Source: Paraphysomonas bandaiensis (taxonomy: Eukaryota; Protista; Chrysophyceae). Taken from it: 64,000 nucleotides of DNA. The stretch covers positions 372,001 to 436,000 of the forward strand of contig CBFFRP010000217.1 of NCBI GenBank assembly GCA_965644295.1. Direction: 5' to 3'. Shown here piece after piece: positions 42,491 through 54,597 of this stretch (the stretch's first letter is position 1; every line of letters begins with the position of its first letter). Below the pieces are notes generated by a model. It searched no databases, was not told where the DNA came from, and was given only the letters and a program-made list of their open reading frames with translations. The position numbers and the translations under genes were made by a program.

Positions 42491-43143
42491 TACAACCCTC
42501 AAAAAAGTCAGACTCGCAATTTTTCGCGATGTTAGCCATCGTGAATGACTGGCACTTCCCTACTTTGTAATATTATTTGTCTGCGTCATTCTGCATCTCA
42601 GAGATCACAGCGATGTTCATGTTATAGTCAATCATAACATTTCTTCTGATACAAAAGCGTTTCCTATCTACTGTGAGGTAAAAGGTAATAATGTACTATA
42701 TACTATATATATATGATATATGTAACAATGAAATAAACAAAGTACAGTGTAGTAGACTACAACACATAATAATGAAAGCTGAGATTTTATGACTGTTCAA
42801 ATTGTAAAGAAGTAATGGTGAATATCCGTCGCTTGATAAATCACTCTTAACAACCAACAAACGACATAACTTCTTTCTATAATGATCAAAGAAGTCAATA
42901 TTACTCCACATCAACACCCACAACTTAACAATGAAGTATCTACATCAACCAATGGTCTAATAAACTGTGGCGTAGTGTCGCCATACGAAGATATCAAGTT
43001 CGGTTGCAGCCGTTATCAAAATGAAAAGCAACATGAGTACAATATAGGCCCCAACTATGAACTTGATCCCAAGCGTCAGTTTAAATTGGCACCATAACTT
43101 GCGCTTAGTATAGTGCAAATGAAATTTAGAGGGAAAAATATAT

Positions 43144-46058
43144 CTAACTACTAGATTCCGGAGACAAAAAGTGTATGCTGTTGTCCCAACAGCCCGCCAT
43201 CACGATAGCCAAAGTTGGGTGGGAGCACATAGCAGTCACTCTCTGTGGAAGCCATAACCTCGATATGACCTCCCCTGGGATGCCTGATGCGCCATGGTTC
43301 GTTGCTCGTGCTCCTCTACTGTTGCAGTGAAGTGGTACCTCCGGGGTTGACACAATACTACTCAAATTGCTCCGTATGTACACCCGAGGATTGCCCTGCG
43401 TGACTGATGGTCCCGTATACGGTGAGTCGAGAGTAATTTTACACCCACTTACTCTGATGAGCGAACGGGTAGTTCGAGTCACAGCATTTGAATTTTTTTC
43501 AGGAGTGCTATCGCTGGATCCATTCCATGACAGTCGCCCGTGAGTCCAGTCCAAGCACACCACACATGACCGTGACCCTTTCAAACTGCGATGCATAACC
43601 CCTCCCAAAGTACCGTGCACCGAGTAGTCCCCTGTTGCAGGGTACGACTCTGTACTTTCCGACGGCATGTACTTCTGCATATCTGATAGCGAACAGAGAC
43701 AGTAGGATAGGTCACTAGATGTGGTAATAGTATGGTTGCCCGGAGTGGCCTCCAGTACATAACCGGGTAATGTGTGACACACAGATGCAACACGTTGCAT
43801 AGCCGGGGTTGTGGAGAGACGTTGTCGATACCATGCACCCCAGTCCCAATTCACATTGTGTGTGGGTAATTGGACGGAAACGGGAAGATGAGTGGAGTAC
43901 TGTCGTTCAACATCCTGCCGACATGCGCCCCCCACTCGCACCACATCAATAACACGGGACTCCGCGCTCGCCATAAAGCATATCTGTATATAGGACCACA
44001 ATATGATTTCCACATGGATGGATATGGTAAAACGACTTATGTGATGTAAATGACAAATGTACAAGAAAAAGGGCTACACACGTATGTACACACCTGGGGT
44101 CCAGTGGAAAAACTGAATACCGCTCCGCAACGCAGATGTGATCCTCTTGGTATGTTCTGATACTGATCCCCATTTCCATCGACCACTGTTTCACTCTGTT
44201 CGCTCGTTGCTGTCGTCGTCGGTATCGATGTCGGGGATACAGGATAGCAGACTACTCGCTTGGAAACATAATCGTACAAAAACACTGCCCCTGATATTAG
44301 TGTTATACACACAATATCTCCTGCTGGAGTAATGGTAGAAGAGTCATGGCTCCACGGGTGGCTGCAGGGACGAGTGTAAGGAAGGGAGAAACTCAGCACC
44401 GGGCTGTATTCGGGCAATGAAATAGCCTCAAAATTCGAGGGTAGATTCCTCACTGGAGGGTCCCAAATACAAATACGGTACACACACTCAGGGCTAGCGA
44501 CACACCCGAAAGACGCTACCTTCAGTTTCGATACATTCCACAATGCTAGAACTCCACTCTTAGTGGCGGAAAGGATGATGTTAGGTTCCTTGGTTAGCTC
44601 TAAAGCAACCACCTCGCAATGTGGCCCTGCCAATGAACGAGTGTCTGCAAGGCCGAGCCATACTGGTGCAACCTCACCTCGCATCCGAGCACGTTTACCA
44701 ATAGCCCAGGATTGCAGATGACCATGTGCTCCACCAGCTACCACATATAAAGTGTCAGGTGTTTCAGCAGGAAAACTGACGATGGAAGTATATCCCCCTC
44801 GTCCTCCTCTACCCAGAATCAGTGAGCACACGCAGGAGGTGGTGTTCAAATCATAGATGTGTACAGATGTGAAAAATCTGAAGGCAACTGCAACTTCATC
44901 TGCACCTCGAGATGGAAGCCACACTAAGTCGGAGATGTCTTTGCGAGTGTGCACAGTCCTCACAGGTTGCACATGGCGCAGACAGTTGCGTTCAGAGGGA
45001 TTCAACCGTTCTCTTCGCTGAAGAAAGCAGTGTACTTCGTCAAAGTCATATACACGAATTGTCCCATTAGTTCCTCCAACTGCAAGTAATACTCCGTCTT
45101 CCGAAAATTTCATACAACTACAGCCCAACCTCAAAGTCGAATCCAGAGTACTATCCATCGTGTCTTTGAGTTCTACAGGCTGAGGACGGTACCTGTGGGC
45201 AATAATAGAGCTTGTAGAGTTTGGAGACAAGAACATTGGCCGACCGTACTGAACCGGATCCTGAATAAATGGTATACGATACTGTGCGTATATGCTGGTG
45301 GAACGTGCTGCCACTGTGGGGCCAGATACGTTGTCAGTCTGAACAAAGTGGTCTGTAATAGCGGTCTGCACAGCAATCCTGTCGACGTCTATGTCACATG
45401 ACGGCAAGGATTCTTCTGCGTCCATACTCACAGTGTGTAAAATCTCATTGCTTTCATCCATACTATTGGTATCTTCTTGAGGGGCATTTGGAGTGGGTTC
45501 AACATCAACATTTGTTTCTGGTATACATATGGTTTCCGCTGGAGAGGGGAGAGAAGAGCTATGAACAACATCCTGTGATGAAGCTTCAGAAGTATTTGTA
45601 GTCGTGACATCAATCTTTGTTTCAGGTAGTTGTACATACATATGGGAGTAATCGTTATTCTTTGGCAGAGAGTTGTTAACGTGCACGATATCTTTAGTCG
45701 ATTTGTCTGTAGTTTCATCCTCATTAGTATTCCACATTCGAAAAGGACTGTTAATCTCTGCACGAATACTTTTCTTCGGTGGTTTATCGATTGAAAAAGG
45801 ATTATATACACGACCATTAGACTCTAGTGATGTGCTATCAGTTAACGGACGCTTAACAGCCACTGAATTCTCTTTCTGTAGAAGACTTAATTTCCCAGGA
45901 GCTCTAGAGGGTTGTTTAGATGGATTCTTCTTTACTGAAGGACGAGAGGGAGGGACAGAAGGGACTGTAGAGGGAGGGACAGGAGGGACTGCAGAGGGGT
46001 GACTCTTGTTTGTACATGATTTCTTTGGTTTTGAATAATTTATTAGAAATTTTTCCAT
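43144..46058 (-). CDS. WD40-repeat protein with disordered N-terminus
   Basis: CSCMKFSEDGVLLAVGGTNGTIRVYD, LALWN, VTAMCSHPTLAIVMAGCWDNSIHF; one intron near 44000-44090. Confidence 0.75.
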
Positions 46059-46291
46059 TAAAAGTATGAGAGAATCATATGGAGTCGATGTGATGAACAG
46101 ATGACGTGTTGATGTCGTGTAGATAGGGCTATAGGAGGTGAAGATGGTGATGTGGGACACTGTCGGGTCGATCGGATCTCTCGACATGCATCTGCAGCAG
46201 TATGCATCTATACAGGCATCTATGCACAGGCGTACAGTACCTCTAGACTGTGTACATGGACTTGACACATTTCATAATTTGAATATTATAC

Positions 46292-46365
46292 AGAGTACAG
46301 CAGTACATGTATAGAGTACAGCAGTACATGTATAGAGTACAGCAGTACATGTATAGAGTACAGCA
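46292..46365. repeat. 21-bp GTAC-containing tandem repeat (about 3.5 copies) in a divergent promoter
   Basis: agagtacagcagtacatgtat repeated. Confidence 0.85.
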
Positions 46366-46647
46366 GAACATAACAGTATACCAGGATCCTGCGTGCTGTT
46401 GTATATCATAAACTGAAATATTTGTCTCTTCAAGATTTATTTCAACCAAAAAAATGGAACCTTATATATGGAAAAGTTGACCGTTGAAAACTAAACGACA
46501 AGGAGCCAATGCACCCATCATGCATAACCATCATATCATATTATACATCACGTTACTCTCCTCAATAGCCATACCAGTAACAGGAAAGCTTCCTGAGGTA
46601 AAGAAGAACATTTATAGGGTGGCTCTATTGAACAAAAAGTATTCAAT

Positions 46648-49111
46648 ATGGGAACTGTCGAGAAGATTGTAGATCACTTGAACCGTATGTGTGTGGATAA
46701 GAAGATCCAAGCAACTGAACGCTATGAAGAGCATTCGGCTTGGCTCACATCAGAGTTCGATAAAATTCGAGACCTTCTTCAGTACAATTGTCCGAAGAAA
46801 GATGTGAGAGATGATGCGTCGGAAACAAGACAGAAGCGCAAGTCACCTGAAACATGCAGCCATGGGAGTCGGAACTCTCCAATGACTAAGAGAACATCTG
46901 CAGACTACATGGAGCTTGCTGTCGCCGACGGCCTTCCAGCTGATTTAAATCGACTTAAGAAAGAAGAGCTTCTGGAAGCACTGGAGGCTCGTGGAAACAG
47001 CTCGATGACAATGAAAGCCTTGAAGAAGGATCTTATCGAAGCACTGAAGGATGTGTTGCTTGATATTCATCTCCGTAAGAACACAGTTCCAGCGATGGCA
47101 TCCACAGAAGATGAGGATTCCCCAATGGTTGAAAATAGTGAGGAAGAAGTTAAATCACCGGAAAGTGATGTGATGGAGGAAACCGATGTCAAGCAGGATA
47201 TGATACTTGATACACCTCAGGAAACTGTTGCAGAGGAGGTGCCTACCTCCGAACGTAGACCATCCGCTGGTGGTTCTCCCGCTAGAAAGCAGTCTATTTT
47301 AGCTGAGGCGCGGTATCATGTGTCTGAGGTCCGCGCATCTATGTTGCAAGAAAGAGTGGAGAGTGAAGAGGACAGGTCCAAGAGGCTAGCCAGAGAGTAT
47401 GAGGCTAGAAAGATGAGACACCGCAGCTCCCAAATCCGTCTTTCTCAGGTAACTTCCCGTCCTGAAGATATTATCAACCAACAAACAAAGGAAGAGGGAG
47501 TCAGGAATACCGATGAAGAACAGGTTGTAGCTAGTGCTGAGGCCGAAGTGCAAGAAATGGACCACCACGAGGATGATGAAAACGGTGAAGAAGATACTTC
47601 TGTTGGAGAAACATGGAATGAAGTTCCCAGTCCTCACACTTCTACGTCTGCATCTCTTGCGCATGCGACTAAGACCTCTCAGGATAACAAATCGAAGACT
47701 TTACCTGACCCATCCGCAGTGAGTAAGATCACTGCTGCTCTCGACACTCAGCCCAAGTCTGAGGAGCCTATGCACCCCACTTCAACCCGAGCAGAGAAAG
47801 CAAAGACTTTACCTGCACCTGTTAAACCAGCTGAATCTGGTACTACTTCTGTTAGTCGTCCTGTCTCTGTAAAAGCCACGGACTCTGCAGATAGTGTGAA
47901 CAGCAATGATTCGGATGCCTCGAATAAGAAGGGCTTCAAACTCACTAATCTAGTTGGAGGCAGTCAAACATCATTTCTTAGCAGTAGTAGCAACAATACG
48001 ACCGCATCTACGAAACCTAAGACTGTGGTAAGTTGTTTACCTCTTTAAACTTTTAGAAATATGATCTTTTTGATTAGGTGCCAGCACTGCAAAAAGCAGC
48101 TCTGCTCAAGGAGAAAGAGGAGGCACGTGCCCTACAGAAGAAGAAGGAGCTTGAGGAAAAGAAGAAGGAACATATGAGAAAGCTACAAAATGCAGCTCAG
48201 AACTCAGCTATTAATGCCTCTTCGTCGAAGCTTTTCCAGAGTTCTAAAGCAGCTGCCAAGCCTGTCCCTTCCTCTTCTACGACACAGAAAAAGGGCTTCG
48301 GATGGTTCGGAAACAAGAAGGATGCTATCGTAAAAGAAGCGCCATCAAAAGAGCCTATTACTTCTTCTGCTTCAAGTACTGCTTCAAAGGCATCCAGTAA
48401 ACCTGTGGCAGCTCCCGCTCCCCGTTCTGTACCTGCACCAAGTGCTCAGGAAGAGCCTCGAGCAGAGGTCATAGAGCAAGAAAACCTGAAGCCTTCCGCT
48501 ATTGCTGCTGCTACTCCAGCCGCTGCAGTAGTCCCACCAACTGCAGTATTGCAGGAGAAAAAAATTGTTGCGTCTGAGTACAAAACCACTACGCCAGTTA
48601 AGACTGCTCATATGTCAGATAACTCTTATGAGGCGAGTCCAAGCCCTCCAAGAGAAGAGTACAAGATTGACGATAGGTATTTATATAATTGATGCCTCAA
48701 ACGTCGATTTCTGATTAGCTGTGTACATAGAGATGACAGTAGTTCAGACGACGGGTCAGGAACAGACGATGACGACGATGACAAGCAGCAAATTCCAGAA
48801 TGGGCTAAAGGTCCGAAGCTTCGAGAGGCACTTGAGAGGCAATACGGAGTTAACGGACACACTGCCGTTGACCCTGACCTTATATTTCCTGATATTCAAA
48901 CATGCAACCTGGAAGAAATATTTGGCCGTCGGGAGGGAAAATGTGGCAAGTGAGTGACTTTAATGTGGCGTAATTACGACAAGTTTCTAATGTGTTTGTG
49001 AGCAGGTACTCTGTTCGTACAAGTTCAGCCAAGTGGGATGCTGACCAAATAACATTGGTTGAAAAGAGAAAGTACCGCTGTCAGATGGGTTTCTCGGCTA
49101 GCACTCTGTGA
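46648..49111 (+). CDS. INCENP: INCENP-like inner centromere protein with SAP-like motif
   Basis: IN-box IPEWA...VDPDLIF...CNLEEIFG...RTSSAKW; charged coiled coil; LNRLKKEELLEALEARG...KKDLIEAL. Confidence 0.8.
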
Positions 49112-49842
49112 TAATACTAAAGTACATGTCAGCAACACTTATTAACACTAGTATGCCTATGAAATCATATATTGGGTATTATAGCCCACCACCCGTGTAA
49201 TAGAATTGTTTACATATATTCAGATAGCCATAACGCTACTATAATAACAAAGTTATAACGAAATTAGTGTTTGATTGATAAGTGCTTGATAACACAAGCA
49301 AGGAAAACTAATACTGGATATGAGTGCAAGTAAAGCTTTCATATCTACTTTAACGCCACAGGGTACTAACATTGTTAAATTTTATTTCTGTGTCGTTCTT
49401 CTCTAACAGAAGTTGACATTATTTGCTAAGGTTTGCTATTCTCATTTGATAAGATGAAAATTATAAACATTACGTGATAAAGAACCTAAGTTGTATTCGA
49501 TGTGTTCAACACCATTCATTTACTACTATAGTGTACAAACCACACACTCAGTAATCGTATCCTGACCGTATGAAACCATCAGGCCCTAGACAGCGGCGAC
49601 GCCGTCTCCGGCAACTCCACCTATGCCTGACGCCCAGACGGTGCACGGCGACAACGCCACATTCCACCACATCATCAACCTCTCAGCACACACATCTAGT
49701 GCTCGGTACGCTCAGGACCTTAATGCAGAACCCTGTACCTCAGAGCCTGGTGGAACCGCATCCCAAGGGGAGACCCCCGGACAACACGCGCCAGTGAGTC
49801 CAAAGACACACGAGCAGGGAGAAACTCACAAACAACATTAAG

Positions 49843-50160
49843 AACGGAAGTGGTTGCACCTTGGTGCATGCGGCGACGCACAAGCAGCTTCTGTAGCGTT
49901 AAATAGTAGGATAATGGAATTTGTACGGAGTAGTTATGGGTAGAAGTCTAACTAGTATGTCTAGCATTCAACTAGCCACTATATTGGTACAGGTTTATAA
50001 CGCCTATTGCTAAATAAAACGACTTTTAATAATAGGCGTTTAAGAGTCAGGACTAATTTAGCATTGAAATTTTACTAACTAGTGCTTAACTCTGATATCA
50101 TACTATTTAACGCTACGAAAGCTGCTTGTGCCTTGTGCAACACCAAGGTGCAACCACTTC
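49843..50160. mobile_element. Two retroelement 3' modules tail-to-tail (long imperfect palindrome)
   Basis: gaagtggttgcaccttggtg ... caccaaggtgcaaccacttc. Confidence 0.8.
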
Positions 50161-50335
50161 TTCACTGAATTAACCTGGATTTGTGTCCAGTTTTTATATA
50201 AATCTACCCATCATACCCGCTGTGCTGGCGAGATCGTAGATATACTTTTCACATGAAGTACTTAATGTCTGATGACTAGATGATATATATAGCTGCAGTA
50301 AAATGACGATTTCTCGTTTCTACATTGAGGAGCAA

Positions 50336-50587
50336 TGTTGGAATACGTATGGTTCTCTAAGATAGTACTGTAGAATACGTTAAATTCAATGTGAAAAACA
50401 GTAATATACGTAGTCAATAGTCAAAGTATTATATCACGACGATTCAAGATACGGAAGTGGTTCACATGAACGAAATAATTTATCATGTTGTTGACATGTG
50501 TATAATAACATAATCTATCTAGTCTGATTAACTTTAACTTCTCTTAAAAAACGATATTCATTGTCTGAAAATGGTCAATAGTCAATA
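50336..50587. mobile_element. Solo LTR, copy 3
   Basis: TGTTGG...TCAATA, TSD AGCAA/TGCAA (1 mismatch). Confidence 0.8.
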
Positions 50588-50589
50588 TG

Positions 50590-50925
50590 CAAGAGTCAGA
50601 ACTAATGTAGCAAAACAAGTTAACTTACTAGTATTAAACTCTGATATCCTACTATATAAAACGCTACAAAGCTGCTTGTGCGTCACCGCAGGCACCAAGG
50701 TGCAACAACCACTTTCGCGCTGTCCTTAAGGTGAACTAGCACGGATGCTTGACTTCAGTAGTAGGTAGCCCAATACTCCAGATGCTCTTGAGGCCGGCCC
50801 ACTCCCGGACACTTGACTTCTGCAGGCAGTTGTCTGGGCCCAAAAAAGACGTTCACACAAGTGCACTGTATCATGGCTATGAGTAGGCAGAACAATATCT
50901 CCGGTACTACAACACCACGAAAAGG
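50590..50925 (-). mobile_element. Modular retroelement copy (head + 3' module), degenerate
   Basis: Similar to 60795-61060 and 50040-50160. Confidence 0.7.
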
Positions 50926-51339
50926 AAATAATTCATTAGCGATACTAGTACAGTTTTTCAAGAACTGCATTATACATCGTCATTACAATATTATTTAATC
51001 TGCTACTATATAAAGATTTATAAAGTGATATAGGAAAGTCTGATTATTACATGAGAACGGTTGTGTACAGAAACTAGTTTATATCTATAGACTAACTACA
51101 GTAATAACTAGATTTGCTATTTACTACTAGTGGCGGGCAACCGTCTCGGGACTGCTTGTGCATCGCTGCGAATATAAAGTGATACCTGGTATCTGTTTTA
51201 CATTCAAACGGTGTGAGATGTATATGTAGGCACTCGATACACTTTCTGTGAAATTGATGTTGCGTCCGAAATATGGCACCGGAACACACCGGCCGTATAA
51301 TACCCACCCCATGATCACTGATTTTTAATCTCTTCGTGA

Positions 51340-52320
51340 TCAATTGACTTTAGAGAATTTTACTGCGCTCCGTGACCAACTCTACGATCGTGCACCTGGA
51401 TACTGGAAAGAGAGCGGTGCCTTACTTCAGCACAAACTAGCCCTGGCAGACTGCGGTCGATCTAAGGTTAAGGACAGTTCACAACTACTCAATACAGCGC
51501 ATACTCAATACAACCCTGGCATAGAGCAAAACCTTTAGCATTCGTTGTAATAGAGCTAAACAAGCCAGATGCTCCGACTGTGGCTTTCGACTTGACTCTC
51601 TCAAACACATGTGTCTTGATTGCCCTCATGCCTCCATCTCTCAGATACGAGTATCCGCCTTTCAGAAACAAAAGGAGTGTAGTTCGTGAACTCCTAGGAT
51701 ACCCGATCGTACCACCTTGGAGTACCGCCATTTTCAAGAAACTCTCCAGCAGAGCCAGGAATACCTCACTCCCGCAGGAGAGATTCTGGACAGGTATACT
51801 ATCACCGAGGCTCAAATGGAAAGCGTTTTTGGAGCACAATACAACTGTTCCTTAAATTCGTGTGGCCTTCATGCTCTAGAAAACGCAGTTGTCACCCTTC
51901 TTCAATCGCTTAACGCTGCAGCGAAACAAATGCTCCAGGATTGCAGTTGTCGTCATACCACCAAAGGGGCCACATCGACTACCCCCCAGGCCGTGTCAAC
52001 GACGTGGCAACACACGGCAGAATCCATGGGTTACCCCCAGACCGCATCAAACACGTGGCAACACACTTTTTAAATGTAGCAACACCCAGCGGAAAGTGTC
52101 TAATCCCTTCTGTACTTCAAGGACTCGCTTCCATAGAGAGCTTCTCTCTACATACAAGAACGGAAGTGGTCGCAACCCACAAGCAGCTTCTGTAGCGCTA
52201 CATTGTAGGTTATGAGAATCTGTACTAGTTAGCCAACAGATAGAAGTCGATATTAGCATTCAACTAGCCACTATATTGGTACAGGTTTCTAACGCCTATT
52301 GCTAAATAAAAAGACTTTCA
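51340..52320 (+). pseudogene. Degenerate 3' end of a LINE-like ORF plus 3' UTR
   Basis: Frameshifted RCSDCGFRLDSLKHMCLDCP (CxxC-H-C zinc knuckle typical of LINE ORF2 C-termini), followed by the shared 3' module and tail at 52303-52320. Confidence 0.55.
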
Positions 52321-52669
52321 ATGTAGAAGTCGATATAGCTTGACTAGTCTTCATCTAACTACTTATCTGGTGATGGTTCTTTACGCCTACTGCTAATAAT
52401 AAGATATAAGAAAACTAAGATATAACTTTGTGATGCAATTGTATGATAGTTTGTAGCATGTGGTTAAATTACTGTTTCTGAATCGATTGATCACAAGGTT
52501 AGTGAAGTGCATTGCACGGAAGTTATAGCAAAAATCCCATCAAGTGACATCCAACGCACTACTTAAATACTAATATACAGTGCATCTTAAGGTAAGTGAA
52601 ATAGTAGAACATATTAAATCTATGAAAACAAGAGTATGACACCATTTGCTCCAGTCAAATCAATGTCAG

Positions 52670-53920
52670 CTACTGTCCAATCACCATAACTACTCCATTG
52701 TCAAGGATATTTAGCTCACTCCCACGAAGACAGACGTCATTATTCTTCAGTACTTTTCCTTTGTATATCAGTTTCAACTTCGTGGACCCAATACGAAGTT
52801 CTTTCGCTATGAGAGATTTAAGTGAAAGTACCGTAGCAGTAGTGGGTACAGTCTTCAAGGAATAATTCTTTCCCTTGTATGACACTCTAAGCGGGAATGT
52901 ATCTACAGAGTCTGTGGGTGTGGATGTGATCTCGTTAGCAACGCTGGAGAGGTGACGCAGATGGGAAGCGTCAGTCTGACGTTCTCTTGCTCCATCAAGG
53001 CGGACAGTATAGTAGAGCTCTACGTCATCCCGGTGCACAGCCACCACTACTCCTTCTGTGTATACCCCAGAAGAGGATACATGTACAATACGGTCCCCTA
53101 CCGAGAACTCAGGCGGTGAAGGAGAAACTGTTGTTGAGATATCCACTGTGTCAGAGTCAACTTTCTCGCCTCGTTCAGCATCTCGAACTTGTATAGCACT
53201 CTGTGCCTCCGATATTTTACTTGTAGAAATTGGAGATAGATTCACACAGCTGAACTCATCTAAGCACTGAGGCAGTGGAAGATTCCGATCTATCCAGTCG
53301 ATATCCCTTCGACTGGCCACATGGCATTCCAGGCCCATGTCTCCAGGACGCACAGCGGTGCCAAAAGCAAGTTGAGGATAAGCTTGAGCAATATAATGAA
53401 GTGCCTCACCGAGGGTTGTATGCTTGGAGAAAAACACATACTTGTTCTTGGCAGACACTGCAAAAGCTACCTCGAAAAAGAATCTGTCTTCAGGGGCGAT
53501 AGAATCGTTCCCTGTCGCCCTATTTTTGAATAGTATCTGTTTAGTTTTATCCGCAATACTCTTCTGTTTACCAGATTGTGAGTCTGATACTCTATCAAGA
53601 CGATCTATTTTATCTCGTGTGTTGTCTGATTGCGAGTCTCTATCCACATGCGTTGTCCTGATATTATAATGAAGTCTGTTACTTCCACTTGTATCACTAT
53701 CAAATCTTCGTTCTACACCATCAAATAAAGCTTTCACTGATTCTCCTTCAGTTCTTTGACTGCGTTTCTTTGAATATGATGGAGATGCAGTCTGTGAGTG
53801 ACAGTTATGAGCATATCTGCTCCTGTGATCCAAACAATACACATGACCGCATAAATCACATGTAAAGGGAAGGAAATCTTTAATTTGACAATCAGGATAA
53901 TTGCATTCAGTTCCTTCCAT
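52670..53920 (-). CDS. AN1-type zinc-finger protein (ZFAND1/Cuz1-like) with Tudor/SH3-like and ubiquitin-like domains
   Basis: CNYPDC..KDFLPFTCDLCGHVYCLDHR...HNC; FSVGDRIV...YYTVRLD; C-terminal KLIYKGKVLK...VMVIG. Confidence 0.85.
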   Translation of the reverse strand: MEGTECNYPDCQIKDFLPFTCDLCGHVYCLDHRSRYAHNCHSQTASPSYSKKRSQRTEGESVKALFDGVERRFDSDTSGSNRLHYNIRTTHVDRDSQSDNTRDKIDRLDRVSDSQSGKQKSIADKTKQILFKNRATGNDSIAPEDRFFFEVAFAVSAKNKYVFFSKHTTLGEALHYIAQAYPQLAFGTAVRPGDMGLECHVASRRDIDWIDRNLPLPQCLDEFSCVNLSPISTSKISEAQSAIQVRDAERGEKVDSDTVDISTTVSPSPPEFSVGDRIVHVSSSGVYTEGVVVAVHRDDVELYYTVRLDGARERQTDASHLRHLSSVANEITSTPTDSVDTFPLRVSYKGKNYSLKTVPTTATVLSLKSLIAKELRIGSTKLKLIYKGKVLKNNDVCLRGSELNILDNGVVMVIGQ

Positions 53921-54062
53921 TAGTGATAATTGTTATAGTAGATGGATGGGAAGTTAATGTGTGTGTGGGGTATGATGCTAACCTTAACAAACAACTCACT
54001 TAAATAGTATGTGTAAATGAGGTATATATTATGTATAATTTAAGACATCATCATCACAAAAG

Positions 54063-54146
54063 GCATTCGTGTCCGAGTGGTCTAAGGAGCTGCACTCAAG
54101 TTGCAGTAGTCGAACGGCTGCGTGGGTTCGAATCCCACCGAATGCA
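54063..54146 (+). tRNA. tRNA-Leu(CAA)
   Basis: Acceptor GCATTCG/CGAATGC, anticodon arm CTGCA-CTCAAGT-TGCAG, long variable arm, GGTTCGAATCC, T-run terminator. Confidence 0.97.
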
Positions 54147-54597
54147 AATTTCTTTTTTGTTATTTCTACTCGTACATGCAGTTTTATAGTATATTGCGCA
54201 AAGCTATCGTTTTTTTGTTTTCGTTGAAAAAGTCAGCATTTTTTTAAGTGTCAAGGATCATATACGCATCTGATAGTGCAAAAAAAAAACGCCTTCTTAT
54301 TACAGGTTTTTCCGCCTCTAGAGTATTGGCAGTCAGCATTTCACTTTTCGGAAATAAATTGAGGCAAATAGACTCTTTATTACGCAATACAACTACGGCT
54401 GGAATACAGATAATTGTTGTCTCAATATTAGAAGCATCTTTGAACAAAAATATACGAAGGATGCACCTCACCCAACGTGAGCGGCACGGCTCTGCCTGGT
54501 ATCTCACAATCTAATTCTCGAGACTTGTCGTTGGCCACTTCGTCACGTCACTCTCCCAACAAGTCTGTGACAATATCATAACAAGACATAGCTGCGA

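Noticed and set aside
49847-50160. MITE with long TIRs
   Set aside because: Each arm occurs alone elsewhere with a retro-type tail and TSD, so it is two retro modules tail-to-tail
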